In this document: positions 50,778 to 61,120 of the stretch, piece by piece
Layout of the letters: each line of letters starts with the position of its first letter
How positions within the stretch are numbered: position 1 is the stretch's first letter
Source: an uncultured Lentisphaerales bacterium
GTDB lineage: Bacteria > Verrucomicrobiota > Lentisphaeria > JABSQK01 > UBA12247
Assembly: GCA_943788985.1 (NCBI GenBank)
Contig: CALSSJ010000031.1
Coordinates: 1-64,000, forward strand
Length of the DNA stretch: 64,000 nt
Reading direction: 5' to 3'
Notes under the pieces: generated by a model
The model's input: the letters and a program-made list of their open reading frames with translations, nothing else
Told to the model about the DNA's origin: nothing
Database searches by the model: none
Position numbers and translations under genes: made by a program

Positions 50778-52214
50778 ATGACAGAGCAAAACCCAGACTA
50801 CCAGACCACCAACCGCGCTCTTGAGTCGCAGGACCACCGCAGGCTTCCAATTGATCCTCTGGGGATCAACGTCGTTGCAGGGCACTTGGGACGCCATGAA
50901 CCAGCGTTCGCCAACGCATTCATTAATCACATGAACCTCTGGCTGGATCCACAAGGTTCCGGACCGCATCGCATAGAATGGACACTGGTGGCGCCGGAAG
51001 ATGGCGAGTATGAAGTGGCCGCGGTGGTGTTGGGGAAGGGATCGCGCCTGATGCTGACGTGCAACGGCGTCAATCAAGAGACCGTCACCGCCGAAGCCAA
51101 TCACTGGGAACAGCTGCCCCTGGGATCGATCGCGCTACACCCTGGCGACAACACCTTGCTCCTGACGGTTGACGTGGCCGAGGGCTTCAGGTTCGACGTG
51201 CTTGAGCTGATTCAGCCTGCAGCCAAGGCGGAACAGCTGGAACAGGCATTGGCAATGCGCTGCCATCCGGCGTGGTTCAAGGATGCAGTCTACGGTTTAA
51301 TGTTTCAGTGGACCAACCGCGCCACACCGCCTGAGGGCCGCATCAAGCCGTGGGAACAGAAGGTCAACGACTTCAAGATCGACGCGTTTGTCGAGATGGT
51401 GCAGGCAACCGGAGCGGCCTATGTGCTCTGGTCCGTGACGTGGGGAAATCAGTATATCTCAGCGCCCATCATGTCCTTGGATGCGCTCATTGAAGGGCGA
51501 ACCACGAAGCGCGACTTGCTCGGGGAAATGGCGGACGCGTTGCACGAGCGAGGCATCAAGCTGATCTTCTACTATCACTACGGGTATGACTGTGGTCATT
51601 CCATCGATGCAGACTGGATGAAGGCCTCCGGCGGCTACAAGCCAGACAAGACCGACTTCTACCAGAACTGGATGGCGATCACCGCAGAGATCGGCGATCG
51701 CTATGGCGACAAATTGCACGGCTGGTGGTTCGACGGTGGTCAACGCTACTACAACTGCCATTTCGACAGCACGCCTGGTGACCAAGGCATTCTCTCAGCG
51801 CCGTTTAAGCAGTTGACGCAAGCTGCCAAGAGGGGAAACCCACAGCGCATTGTCGCCTACAACTCCTGGATTAAGCCCCGGCAAACCGAGTTTCAGGACT
51901 ACTTTGCTGGCGAGGGAGCAGGCGGCTTGACCAGATTGGAGGACGGCATCTTTCCGGACGGTCCACAGCAGGGCCTGATGGCTCACGGCTGCTTTATTTT
52001 TGAGAAGACCTGGGGGCACATCGAAAGAGACGCGATCATCTCCCAGCCCCGGCACGACTTCGCCCAGTTGGCGAATTTGGTCCAAAAGGCCCAAGACGGC
52101 AGGTTCCCGCTCTCGATCAACCTTGAGATGTACGAGGACGGCTCCGTCTCCCCCGACTCCGTCGCCTTGCTGAAGAAATTACGGAAGATCGTTCGCCCAG
52201 AGTCCTGCACGTAG
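50778..52214 (+). CDS. GH29/clan-R-like glycoside hydrolase (alpha-L-fucosidase-like) with N-terminal CBM-like domain
   Basis: WFKDAVYGLMFQW, TGAAYVLW, RDLLGEMADAL..RGIKLIFYY, GWWFDG nucleophile motif. Start uncertain. Confidence 0.8.
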   Translation: MTEQNPDYQTTNRALESQDHRRLPIDPLGINVVAGHLGRHEPAFANAFINHMNLWLDPQGSGPHRIEWTLVAPEDGEYEVAAVVLGKGSRLMLTCNGVNQETVTAEANHWEQLPLGSIALHPGDNTLLLTVDVAEGFRFDVLELIQPAAKAEQLEQALAMRCHPAWFKDAVYGLMFQWTNRATPPEGRIKPWEQKVNDFKIDAFVEMVQATGAAYVLWSVTWGNQYISAPIMSLDALIEGRTTKRDLLGEMADALHERGIKLIFYYHYGYDCGHSIDADWMKASGGYKPDKTDFYQNWMAITAEIGDRYGDKLHGWWFDGGQRYYNCHFDSTPGDQGILSAPFKQLTQAAKRGNPQRIVAYNSWIKPRQTEFQDYFAGEGAGGLTRLEDGIFPDGPQQGLMAHGCFIFEKTWGHIERDAIISQPRHDFAQLANLVQKAQDGRFPLSINLEMYEDGSVSPDSVALLKKLRKIVRPESCT

Positions 52215-52299
52215 TACTCAGCCCCCGCGAGCGCCCAAGGTTCTTGGCAGTCAATCATCGTCGTGCTCCTCTGCCTGGGAAATCTTCGCATCGAGGAGC

Positions 52300-52672
52300 T
52301 CAATGAGTTCCGGATATAATGCCCTGATAGCCGACGTCAGCCATTGGCTGCGCATAGATCTTATGCCGCTGCTCCAGGGTCCAGCGTGAGAATATGTTCT
52401 CTTCCGCGCCCCCTCTCTCCAAGACAGGCACAGTGTAGGTGCCTGTTCGAAAGATCTGCTTTCCGCTTAGCAGAGCATCTCCGGCTGGAGAACAGGCAGA
52501 AAAGGCATTGTCGAAGACTAGACGAGCTCTGCTTTGCGAGCGCATCCAATGCCGGGGTCTCGTACCACGTGGATCGGTTAAAACCCACATCCCGGTAGCC
52601 AAGGTCATCGGCCAAGATGAACACGGTGTTAGGGGAGAGGGCAGGACTGTCGGCACCGACCATGAACACCAT
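52300..52672 (-). pseudogene. Sulfatase N-terminal fragment
   Basis: VFILADDLGYRDVGF...YETPALDALA; frameshift; degenerate CSP motif lacking the Arg; truncated. Confidence 0.75.
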
Positions 52673-52713
52673 GCGATGTCGCCATGTGCAACGCTCGCGC
52701 CTAACAGATGTCC

Positions 52714-53723
52714 TTAACGAGTGATTGGCGCAGTCGTCCCGCGTACAATCAAACTCGCAGGCAAACGAATGATCTGCTGCTGGTAAGACTCGTGGCGATT
52801 CTTGACCCGCTCGAGATACAGCTTTGCTGCTTGACGGCCGATTTCAGTCTCCTGCTGGTCGAACGACGTCAGATTCTCGTTCTTCGCAAGGTTACCACAG
52901 CCAATGACCGATATATCACGAGGCACCTGCAAACTTAACTCGCGCAAACTGCCTTCCAACTCCGGGACCAAATCATCGGCATAGCAGAAAATTCCGGTGG
53001 GACGATCCGCCCGCGCCATCATTTCATGCAGGGCCCCCTTAGACGACAACTGGACACAGGCCGCATTAGCAGTCTCGCTGACCACGTTTCGGAACCCCTG
53101 GGCACGCAGAATGGACGTGCTGCAGCGAGAGTCACTGCCAATAAACAACAGGCGCTCATGCCGCAGTTCCAGCAAATAACGCGCGGCCTCCTCCCCAATA
53201 GAAATATCGTCGGATCCGACAAAATCGGTGCGAAACATCGACATTTCGCGGTCGATCAGAATCAGCGGAATTCCACGCTGCCAAATCTCGTCAAAATAGC
53301 TGCGCTCGAACTCTTCGGACGAGGGACGCAGGATGATCCCATCCACAGCACGTTCCACCAGTTGGTGAATGATGTGTGCCTCGGTCTGGTCGTCTCGAGT
53401 CGTGACCGGCTTAGGATTCCAAGCGTGCAACATGACGTGGCCATTGTCCAACAGGACTTCATTGAGGCTTTCAACCACCCCCCATAGAAATCCAAAGTAG
53501 GAACCATGACGCCAGCCATGCTGGTACTGCCCTTAAACAAGTTTCGAGCAGTGGCATTGGGCCGGTAATTCAGCTCTTTCGCCGCGTCTCTGACGCGCTC
53601 CACGGTATCCGGTGAAAACTTAGCCGCGTCACGATTCAGGATTCGTGAGACACTCGCCATGCTCACCCCAGCGCGCTGTGCCACATCTTTCATCCCTGCC
53701 CGCTTTGGAATCTTACGGGCCAT
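52714..53723 (-). CDS. LacI-family transcriptional regulator, split by a 1-bp loss in a G6 run (53478-53483)
   Basis: MKDVAQRAGVSMASVSRILN...LNYRPNATARNL; the other frame has VDGIIL, VPRDISVIG, LTS, LIVRGT. Confidence 0.88.
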
Positions 53724-53872
53724 ACTGGTGTCAAATCTTGGCAATCGATTCGTTCCCAAAAATTGGAGATGTTCCGTGACTACTGTAGCCTTTGCAGGCT
53801 CATCAGCAACCATCAAGCGAAAGCTACCTGCGCAATCCGCACGGATTGTGCTACCTCGTGACTTGTCCCTAT

Positions 53873-53890
53873 CCTGAAACCGCTTGTAGG
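53873..53890. promoter_or_regulatory. Candidate LacI-family operator
   Basis: CCTGAAACCGCTTGTAGG differs from the TGNAANCGNTTNCA consensus at one position; lies between the divergent LacI and sulfatase genes. Confidence 0.4.
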
Positions 53891-54210
53891 AGTGAGAGTC
53901 TGGACTGTAGTTTGGGCGCCATAGCTCGGCGGAAAGAGTTTTGGCAGGATTCGATCGGATAAGTCAATAAGTCTGCATTTTTGGGAAAACTGATTTTATT
54001 TGATCGAATCGCCAATGATCTCCTGATCGTTTCCTTTTCCTACAAGACGCCTATTGTCGGCACGGATAAAGTCGCGCAAAGTACATTCGGGGCAACCACT
54101 TGCCCTGTTGCACAAACACTGATCGCATTCGTCTTTGACTCATCCATCGTGCTTATCATCTCCGGCCTGCGTTGGTCAACGCTCGGCCGCAACATCCAAG
54201 GAGAAATTCC

Positions 54211-56109
54211 ATGCTGAAGCAATTTCTGGGCCTTCCTTGCGCCCTGTGCCTTTGTCTTGCCTACGCCCTGCTGGCTGCCCCAAGGCCGGCCAAACCGAAC
54301 GTGGTTCTAATTCTTACCGACGACCTCGGTTGGCAAGACGTAAAATGCTATGACATTGACGAACCCTCCCCCTACGAAACGCCGAACATCGACGCACTGG
54401 CGGCACAGGGAATCAAGTTTTGGCAGGCCTATGCTCCAGCGCCCACCTGCGCTCCCACGCGCTGCGCCATCATGAGCGGAGTCCATCCTGCCCGAGCCCA
54501 GAAAACACACGTCGTGGGTGGAGCACCGCCTGCCCCGTACAGCGCAACACAACACCGCATGATCCCGCCTTGGTACAGCGGCCGGATGCCAGCCGACGAA
54601 TACACTCTGGCCAAGGCTCTCCAAAACCAGGGCTACCGGACCGGACACACCGGAAAATGGCATATGGCCATCGACCACAGCGCCTTCCCGCAACCGGAAG
54701 ACCAGGGCTTTCACTTCACCAGATCCAATCTCGGCGTCACCCGCAAAATGACACCAAACCGCCTGACCGGTTTCGCCACAACTGCCCCGGACGATCCCTT
54801 TCGCCTAGATGAAAACGACTTCCCCTTTCACCAGAACACCGCGGATGCCTTGGAGTTCATGCGCGAGAGTCAGACAGAGCCCTTCTTCCTCTATTTCGCG
54901 ACTTGGCTCGTCCACACGCCAATCCACATCCGCAATAAGCCGCTGTTGGATAAGTACTGCCGCAAGCTTGGCGTCGAACTGTCTTCTGAGAAGCCCAAAG
55001 AATGGACGGGTGAGGGCCAAACTAATCCGTTCTACTGCGCCATGGTCGAGACACTAGACTACCACATTGGCCGGATTGTCCACCACCTTGACCAGACGCC
55101 AGACCCGCGCTGGCCCGGGCACATGCTCAGGGAAAACACCTTCCTCATTTTCACCTCAGATAACGGCGGTATGGAGAAACATCCCGGCGAGATCATCACC
55201 GACAACTATCCTCTCAATCGCGGCAAGATCTCCGCCATGGAAGGCGGCACCCGCGTGCCGTTGATCATCACTGGCCCGGGGATCGCCAAAGGCGTGGAAT
55301 CTGACGTCATGGTGAATGGCCTGGACTTCTACCCCACGATCCTCTCGTTCATTGGCGCAAAGAAGCCAGCTACAAAGCAACTGGATGGCTGCGATCTGGC
55401 CCCGCTCCTCCTTGGCAATGCCAGGGATCCAGCGCTCGTTCGTCATCCCGATGGTTCGATGCGCGACAGTATGGTCTGGCACTTTCCCCACAGTGTCGCT
55501 CTCGAAAGTACGATCCGGATTGGAGACTACAAACTCGTGCGCAACTTCGACCATGTGGGCAATCCGCATTCGCCAGAGCTGGAGCTATTCCGCCTGTACG
55601 AGACCCGGGACGGTAAGCAGCAGCGGGTCGACATAGAAGAGGCTCATAACCTGGCAAAAAAAATGCCCGAGAAAACCGCACAGATGAACGCCCAGCTTAG
55701 CGCTCGCCTGTCGGAGATGAAGGCCAGTTATCCGTACTATAACCCGGCGTGCAAGCAACCCATCAAGCACAAAGAGACTATCCCGCTAGCCATCGCCCAC
55801 CAGCGAGATGGCCGCACTGTCTCCGTCGCCTACCGAGAAGCCGGCGCGAAGGTGATTCGCGCCAATCTGCTCTACACCCAGAACGGCGGCCACCGCCACG
55901 AAGAATGGTTTCGCGTCCCAGCAACACTCACCGGGAACAACTCAGCTACCGCTGAACTCCCGGAGGGCACTACGCACTACCTCTTCAACTTGATCGACGA
56001 GCACAACTTTCTGGTCAGTCACCCAAAGATGATGGATACGCTCACCAAAAACCGAAACCGTAAGACTTCCCGCTACTCCAAGGACGCCTTCGCCGTCACT
56101 CCTCAGTAG
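54211..56109 (+). CDS. Formylglycine-dependent (S1) sulfatase, exported
   Basis: AAGGAG RBS, signal peptide, PNVVLILTDDLGW, CAPTR, GKWH, FTSDNG, EGGTRVP. Confidence 0.95.
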   Translation: MLKQFLGLPCALCLCLAYALLAAPRPAKPNVVLILTDDLGWQDVKCYDIDEPSPYETPNIDALAAQGIKFWQAYAPAPTCAPTRCAIMSGVHPARAQKTHVVGGAPPAPYSATQHRMIPPWYSGRMPADEYTLAKALQNQGYRTGHTGKWHMAIDHSAFPQPEDQGFHFTRSNLGVTRKMTPNRLTGFATTAPDDPFRLDENDFPFHQNTADALEFMRESQTEPFFLYFATWLVHTPIHIRNKPLLDKYCRKLGVELSSEKPKEWTGEGQTNPFYCAMVETLDYHIGRIVHHLDQTPDPRWPGHMLRENTFLIFTSDNGGMEKHPGEIITDNYPLNRGKISAMEGGTRVPLIITGPGIAKGVESDVMVNGLDFYPTILSFIGAKKPATKQLDGCDLAPLLLGNARDPALVRHPDGSMRDSMVWHFPHSVALESTIRIGDYKLVRNFDHVGNPHSPELELFRLYETRDGKQQRVDIEEAHNLAKKMPEKTAQMNAQLSARLSEMKASYPYYNPACKQPIKHKETIPLAIAHQRDGRTVSVAYREAGAKVIRANLLYTQNGGHRHEEWFRVPATLTGNNSATAELPEGTTHYLFNLIDEHNFLVSHPKMMDTLTKNRNRKTSRYSKDAFAVTPQ

Positions 56110-56114
56110 CCTTC

Positions 56115-57312
56115 TCAGGGCCCGCAGCCCCGCCAAAATGCAATGTGACTGCCAGACGGCATTTTCAGCCCCGGAGGGGTGTGACACGACACGCCACATA
56201 TCTCCCCGGAAACAGATCCAAGCTGCCGCAGCGCCCGGAATACGTAGCCCGCGACTTCTTCCGCCGCTCCCGCTGATAGCGCAGCGGCCCAAGGCTCTGC
56301 AAACTCGAGCTTGATCACTAGCGTCCGATCCGTAAGCTCACTCGCCGGAATATCCCTCACGACAAGATAGCGCTCTCCAGACGCCCAGTAGACCGGTAAC
56401 AGCTCGGTACTGGTCGAGAGACTCCTCCGGTCGTTCAGGAGCACCACCGCTTCCGCCCTGGCGGTTGACGGAATGTGTACGTACAAGTTGCACCCTCGCC
56501 GTGTCAGCAGGACGCTGGCATTGGTGGTCAGCTCGCTGGCTGGCTCAGAATGTTCGAGAGCCTCACGCACAGCCAGGTACCAATTCCCGACCGCGGACAG
56601 AATCTGGAGTGACTTCTCCGGCAAGCGCCCAATCTCATCCGGCCCGATGTTCAGTAGGTAGTGCGCGCCCTTGGCCATGTAGCCATTTATACTGTTGATC
56701 AAGAATGGAACCGAATAATAATCCTCCGACATTCGGAAGCCCCAGCTCTGCGTTCCTGTGGAGTCGTTGGCTTCTTTCGGCCGCGAAAATCGCGTCAAAC
56801 GCCGGTCCGCGCCAGCGCTATATTCCCGCTCCGGGGTGCCAAGGTCCCCTGCGTCAAACCCACGGTCGTTGATTACAATGTTCGGCCGCAACTCCCGAAT
56901 CAGCGCGTTTACCGACGGATCCTGATACTCCGGGACATTGATCTCACAGAAGAATATAAGCCAAGCCCAAAGTCACGCCGATGAGACGCATCGGCCAGCT
57001 GCTTGAGGATGTCCTTTCCATACGGGGATTTGAGCACGTTGTAGCCAGTCCAATCACTATCCCAGAGACAGAAACCGTCGTGAGGTTTAGCCGTCAGACA
57101 GACGTACTCCATACCCGCGGCGTCCGCGCGACCGATGATCAAATCCGCGTCAAACGCCTCCGGGTTAAAGCGCTCGATCAGCGGTCGATACTCCACTCGC
57201 GGATTTGATCCTGCTCGTGCCAGCCCTCGATCGACTACAGGGCAAAATCAGGAATAGGCCGAAACGACGCGTCGAAAACCAATCATTTGGGGAGTTAATC
57301 GAAGGGTCTCAT
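56115..57312 (-). pseudogene. GH29 alpha-L-fucosidase, frameshifted and internally deleted
   Basis: WFSTRRFGLF, FNPEAFDA, YVCLTAKPHDGFCLWDS, IVINDRG...TPE, YLLNIGPD; the segment carrying the catalytic nucleophile is missing. Confidence 0.85.
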
Positions 57313-57570
57313 TGGTACCAATTGTGAACAATTGATGCGGTATGGGGTGACATATAAAAGCTGCGAACGCCCAGATCGACATGCTTCCTTTTTTCAAGGC
57401 AGCACTAATGCGCGACTTGCGCCATCCACGCCAGTCCGCATTTTTGCCAAGTGCTTTAGCTAGGGACGATAAAAGCTGCGGTTCGTAAGCCGCTCGACTC
57501 TTAGCACTATCGTCCTACACTACTGCTCGCTGTCAAGCCTAACCTACGTTCTTTGGAGGCCCCTCTATCC

Positions 57571-59211
57571 ATGACTTGGCGTGAGCAACTATTCCTGACT
57601 GCCGTCGCACTTCTTGTCGTACTCGTCCTGGCGCTGATTCCAGCGGGTTCCCATGGCGCGCGCGAACGCGGCCAAGCCAGCCCGGTCGCTTGGGATACCG
57701 TGCGCGATGACCCGCAAGCCACCATGGATCTCTCGTGGATGGGCATCATCGCCCACCTTTCCGGCAAGGAAGGATCTTGGATCGAGCGCAACTTAGAGCA
57801 GAAGTTCAATCTCAACATCGAGCCTACCTTCCTCGATTGGAACGGGTTCCGCCAGCGCCGCCCCCTGATGCTATGTGGTGGCGACATTCCGGACGTGATG
57901 TGGGACGGAGATCCACTTGGCGTCCGCGCCAACCTGCGCAATGGCTTCATCATGGAACTCCCCTTCGAGGTCATCCTCGAGCATGCCCCCACCTACGTGG
58001 CGTATCTGAACCGCTTCGGCCGTGAAGCCTGGCTCTATAGTCACTATCAGGGCAAAAACTACGGCCTCCCCACCTTCTCCGCCGGTGCCAACCGGCCTCG
58101 TATCAGTTGCTGGCGCGAGGACTGGCTGCAGAACGTTGGCATCGAAAAAGTTCCCGAAACTGTCGATGAAATGCACGAAGCCTTGCACCGTTTCCGCCAT
58201 AATGATCCGGACGAAAACGGCAAGCAGGACACCTACGGTTGGAGCCCCGACATTTGGCACTGGTCCCTCGCCTTTGTCGAGATCTTCGCCGCCTATGACA
58301 CCCTTGCCTTCGATTTCATCGAGCGCGATGGAAAAGTGGTCTGGGGTGGCATCCTCCCCGAAGCGAAAGAAAGCCTGACCACCCTGCGTAAGTGGTACGA
58401 CGAAGGCCTGCTCGACCCTGACTTCCCCCTCAACAGCCGCGAGGCCGGCCGCGGCTTTGAAAACAGCAAAACTGGCTACACCCACCCCGTAGACCAACCA
58501 TTCTTCTACGACCTCGAGATGGCCACCTCCCTGGCCAGTAAAGTCATCGCCTACGCCCCGAAAGGCCAGCTCGTCCCTGGTCCTCCTTTGCGCAATGCAC
58601 AAGGAAAACGTCGCGGCCGCACCTGGGGCGGTGCCGCTCACGTCCTCCAGTTCGGCAGGCACCTCGAGCAACAGCCAGAGAAAGTGATCCGCGTCCTGCG
58701 CATGATGGAGGCCATTGCAACCAACGAAGAACTTTACCTCCAAGCTCGCTTCGCCGAACAGGGCACCCACTGGCACTACACTCCCGAGAAAGGCCGTGAG
58801 TCCCTCCCACCCTACGACGAAGACCAGCGACTGAGCGGTGCCGAACTCCTCACCTCCAGCATCTTCTTCTTCCCCAGCACCATCGACCCAATCTACGACG
58901 ACAAATACAACAGCCAGGCGGACACCACCTGGCATGAAACCAACCGCAAGCACGCTTGGGCCATGAAAAACGTCCTTGGAAAATCCGACGTAGTGCCATC
59001 TGCCAGCCGCTACCTTGGCGATCTCCGCCTCTGGCAAATGACTGTCTACGTCGAAATGATCGTCGGCGAGCGCCCACTCAGTGAGTTCGACGCCTTTATT
59101 GGAGAATGGAACGAACGCGGCGGTGAGATCCTCACCGCCGAAGCCAATGAGATGTACAGCCAGATGCGAGACATCTACACCCGCGTCGGTGCCACGGAGG
59201 ACGCCCAATGA
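57571..59211 (+). CDS. Sugar ABC transporter substrate-binding protein (LplA-like)
   Basis: GDIPDV, GKNYGLP, REDWLQNVGIEKVPETVDE, NDPDENGKQDTYG, KWYDEGLLDPDF, GG...T.E.NE. Confidence 0.9.
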   Translation: MTWREQLFLTAVALLVVLVLALIPAGSHGARERGQASPVAWDTVRDDPQATMDLSWMGIIAHLSGKEGSWIERNLEQKFNLNIEPTFLDWNGFRQRRPLMLCGGDIPDVMWDGDPLGVRANLRNGFIMELPFEVILEHAPTYVAYLNRFGREAWLYSHYQGKNYGLPTFSAGANRPRISCWREDWLQNVGIEKVPETVDEMHEALHRFRHNDPDENGKQDTYGWSPDIWHWSLAFVEIFAAYDTLAFDFIERDGKVVWGGILPEAKESLTTLRKWYDEGLLDPDFPLNSREAGRGFENSKTGYTHPVDQPFFYDLEMATSLASKVIAYAPKGQLVPGPPLRNAQGKRRGRTWGGAAHVLQFGRHLEQQPEKVIRVLRMMEAIATNEELYLQARFAEQGTHWHYTPEKGRESLPPYDEDQRLSGAELLTSSIFFFPSTIDPIYDDKYNSQADTTWHETNRKHAWAMKNVLGKSDVVPSASRYLGDLRLWQMTVYVEMIVGERPLSEFDAFIGEWNERGGEILTAEANEMYSQMRDIYTRVGATEDAQ

Positions 59212-60134
59212 GCGACCAGTTCAACCGCCCTTCCGTCTTAAAAACGTACAGCAAGCATTCCGGCCTGTTGCTGATGACCCTCCCCGTAATCATCTACTTC
59301 CTCATCTTTCATTATGGCCCCATGATCGGCCTGGTCATCGCCTTCAAAGATTACGTGATGAGCGATGGTATGTTCGGCAGCCAGTGGGCTGGCATGGCAA
59401 ATTTCGAGCGCCTCTTCGCCAGCGATGACTTCCCACTCGCTGTGCGCAACACCCTGACCATCAGCTTCCTGCGGCTGGGCTTCGGCTTCTTCGCCCCCAT
59501 CATTCTGGCACTCCTGCTCAACGAACTGCGCCTCGAGTTCTATAAGCGCGGCATCCAGACCCTGACCTATCTGCCCCACTTCTTCAGCTGGGTCATTCTC
59601 GGCGGCATCTTCCTCATGCTCTTCAACGCTGGCGGCCCCGTAAATCAGTTTGCAAAGCTACTCGGTGCCGAACAACCCATCGCCTTTCTGACCGATGGCA
59701 CCTGGTTCATCATTGTCCTTGTTGCCACCGGAATCTGGCAAGGCGCTGGATGGGGAGCCATCCTCTACCTAGCCGCCCTCTCCGGCATCTCCCCACAACT
59801 CTACGAAGCTGCCCAGATCGACGGTGCCAACCGCTGGCAACAGACTTGGGCCATCACCATTCCCTGCCTCATCCCGACCATGATCGTTCTCTTTATCCTG
59901 GCCCTCGGCGGCATCCTTACCGCTGGCTTCGACCAGATCTATAATATGTACAACCCCATGGTCTACGATGTCGCGGATATCATAGACACCTACGTCCTGC
60001 GGCGCATGTTTGGCCTCGACCTCGCACTGGCCACCGCCGCTGGCATGTTCAAATCCGTCGTTGGCCTTGTCCTAGTCGTAGGCAGCAACTACCTCGCCCG
60101 CCGCATGAGCGGTGGCGAACAGGGGGTTTGGTAA
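59208..60134 (+). CDS. Sugar ABC transporter permease (LplB-like)
   Basis: YGPMIGLVIAFKDY, YLPHFFSWV, LYEAAQIDGANRWQQ, DIIDTYV. Confidence 0.93.
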   Translation: MSDQFNRPSVLKTYSKHSGLLLMTLPVIIYFLIFHYGPMIGLVIAFKDYVMSDGMFGSQWAGMANFERLFASDDFPLAVRNTLTISFLRLGFGFFAPIILALLLNELRLEFYKRGIQTLTYLPHFFSWVILGGIFLMLFNAGGPVNQFAKLLGAEQPIAFLTDGTWFIIVLVATGIWQGAGWGAILYLAALSGISPQLYEAAQIDGANRWQQTWAITIPCLIPTMIVLFILALGGILTAGFDQIYNMYNPMVYDVADIIDTYVLRRMFGLDLALATAAGMFKSVVGLVLVVGSNYLARRMSGGEQGVW

Positions 60135-60137
60135 AAC

Positions 60138-61013
60138 ATGAAACGTTCATCCGGCGAAAAAATATTCAACTTTTTCAACATCCTCTTCCTCGCGTTTGTC
60201 GGGCTTATCTGCCTCTATCCGTTTATTTACACCCTAACCATCAGCCTCAGCACAGCTGCTGAGGCCAGCCGGGAAGGCTTCCACTTCTATCCACGTGAAA
60301 TCTCATTCACCAGCTATAAAATGGTGCTCAGCAATCCGAACATCGTGACCGGCTACGTAAACACCATCATCCGGACCGTTCTCGGCACCTTTCTCACCGT
60401 TATTGCCACCTGTATCGCTGCCTATCCGCTCGCGCGGAAGGAAATGCCTCACCGCTCCATGCTCACCTTTTTGGTGGTCTTCACCATGCTCTTCAGCGGC
60501 GGTATCGTCCCCGGCTACTTGCTTGTCAAAAAGCTTGGCCTCATCAACAGCATGGGTTCCCTCATCCTCCCTACTCTGCTCTCCGCCTTCAACATCATTA
60601 TCATCAAAAACTTCTTCCAGTCCATTCCTGACTCCCTTTCCGAATCCGCTGGCATCGACGGGGCCGGAGAATGGCGCATCCTCTTTCAGATATACATCCC
60701 GCTCTCTAAGCCCGTGCTTGCCACCGTGGCCCTCTGGTCGGCCGTATTCCACTGGAACGCCTGGTTTGATGCCCTCCTCTACATCACCGATGACAACAAG
60801 CAGGTCCTCCAGACCTTTCTCCAGCGCATCGTCATCGAGAGCAGCACCCAGCTCATGGAACTCGGCATCACCGACACCACAGTTGTAGACTTCACTGGCG
60901 AGACCATCAAAGCCGCCACCATCATCGTCACCATCCTGCCCATCATCTGCGTCTACCCCTTTCTGCAGAAGTACTTTGTCAAAGGCATCATGCTTGGCGG
61001 AGTCAAAGAGTAG
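60138..61013 (+). CDS. Sugar ABC transporter permease (LplC-like)
   Basis: TMLFSGGIVPGY, ESAGIDGA, WNAWFD, YPFLQKYFVKGIMLGGVKE. Confidence 0.93.
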   Translation: MKRSSGEKIFNFFNILFLAFVGLICLYPFIYTLTISLSTAAEASREGFHFYPREISFTSYKMVLSNPNIVTGYVNTIIRTVLGTFLTVIATCIAAYPLARKEMPHRSMLTFLVVFTMLFSGGIVPGYLLVKKLGLINSMGSLILPTLLSAFNIIIIKNFFQSIPDSLSESAGIDGAGEWRILFQIYIPLSKPVLATVALWSAVFHWNAWFDALLYITDDNKQVLQTFLQRIVIESSTQLMELGITDTTVVDFTGETIKAATIIVTILPIICVYPFLQKYFVKGIMLGGVKE

Positions 61014-61120
61014 CGCCAGTACGCCCCACACCGATCGTCCCCACAAGACAGCGTACTGCGCACATCACGGCGGAGATAAGACTTTTTAATCAAAAAATTA
61101 GACTTCGCACAAGGACTCTT

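Noticed and set aside
57871..59208. 445-aa minus-strand ORF
   Set aside because: Antisense shadow of the solute-binding protein gene, explained by biased codon usage.
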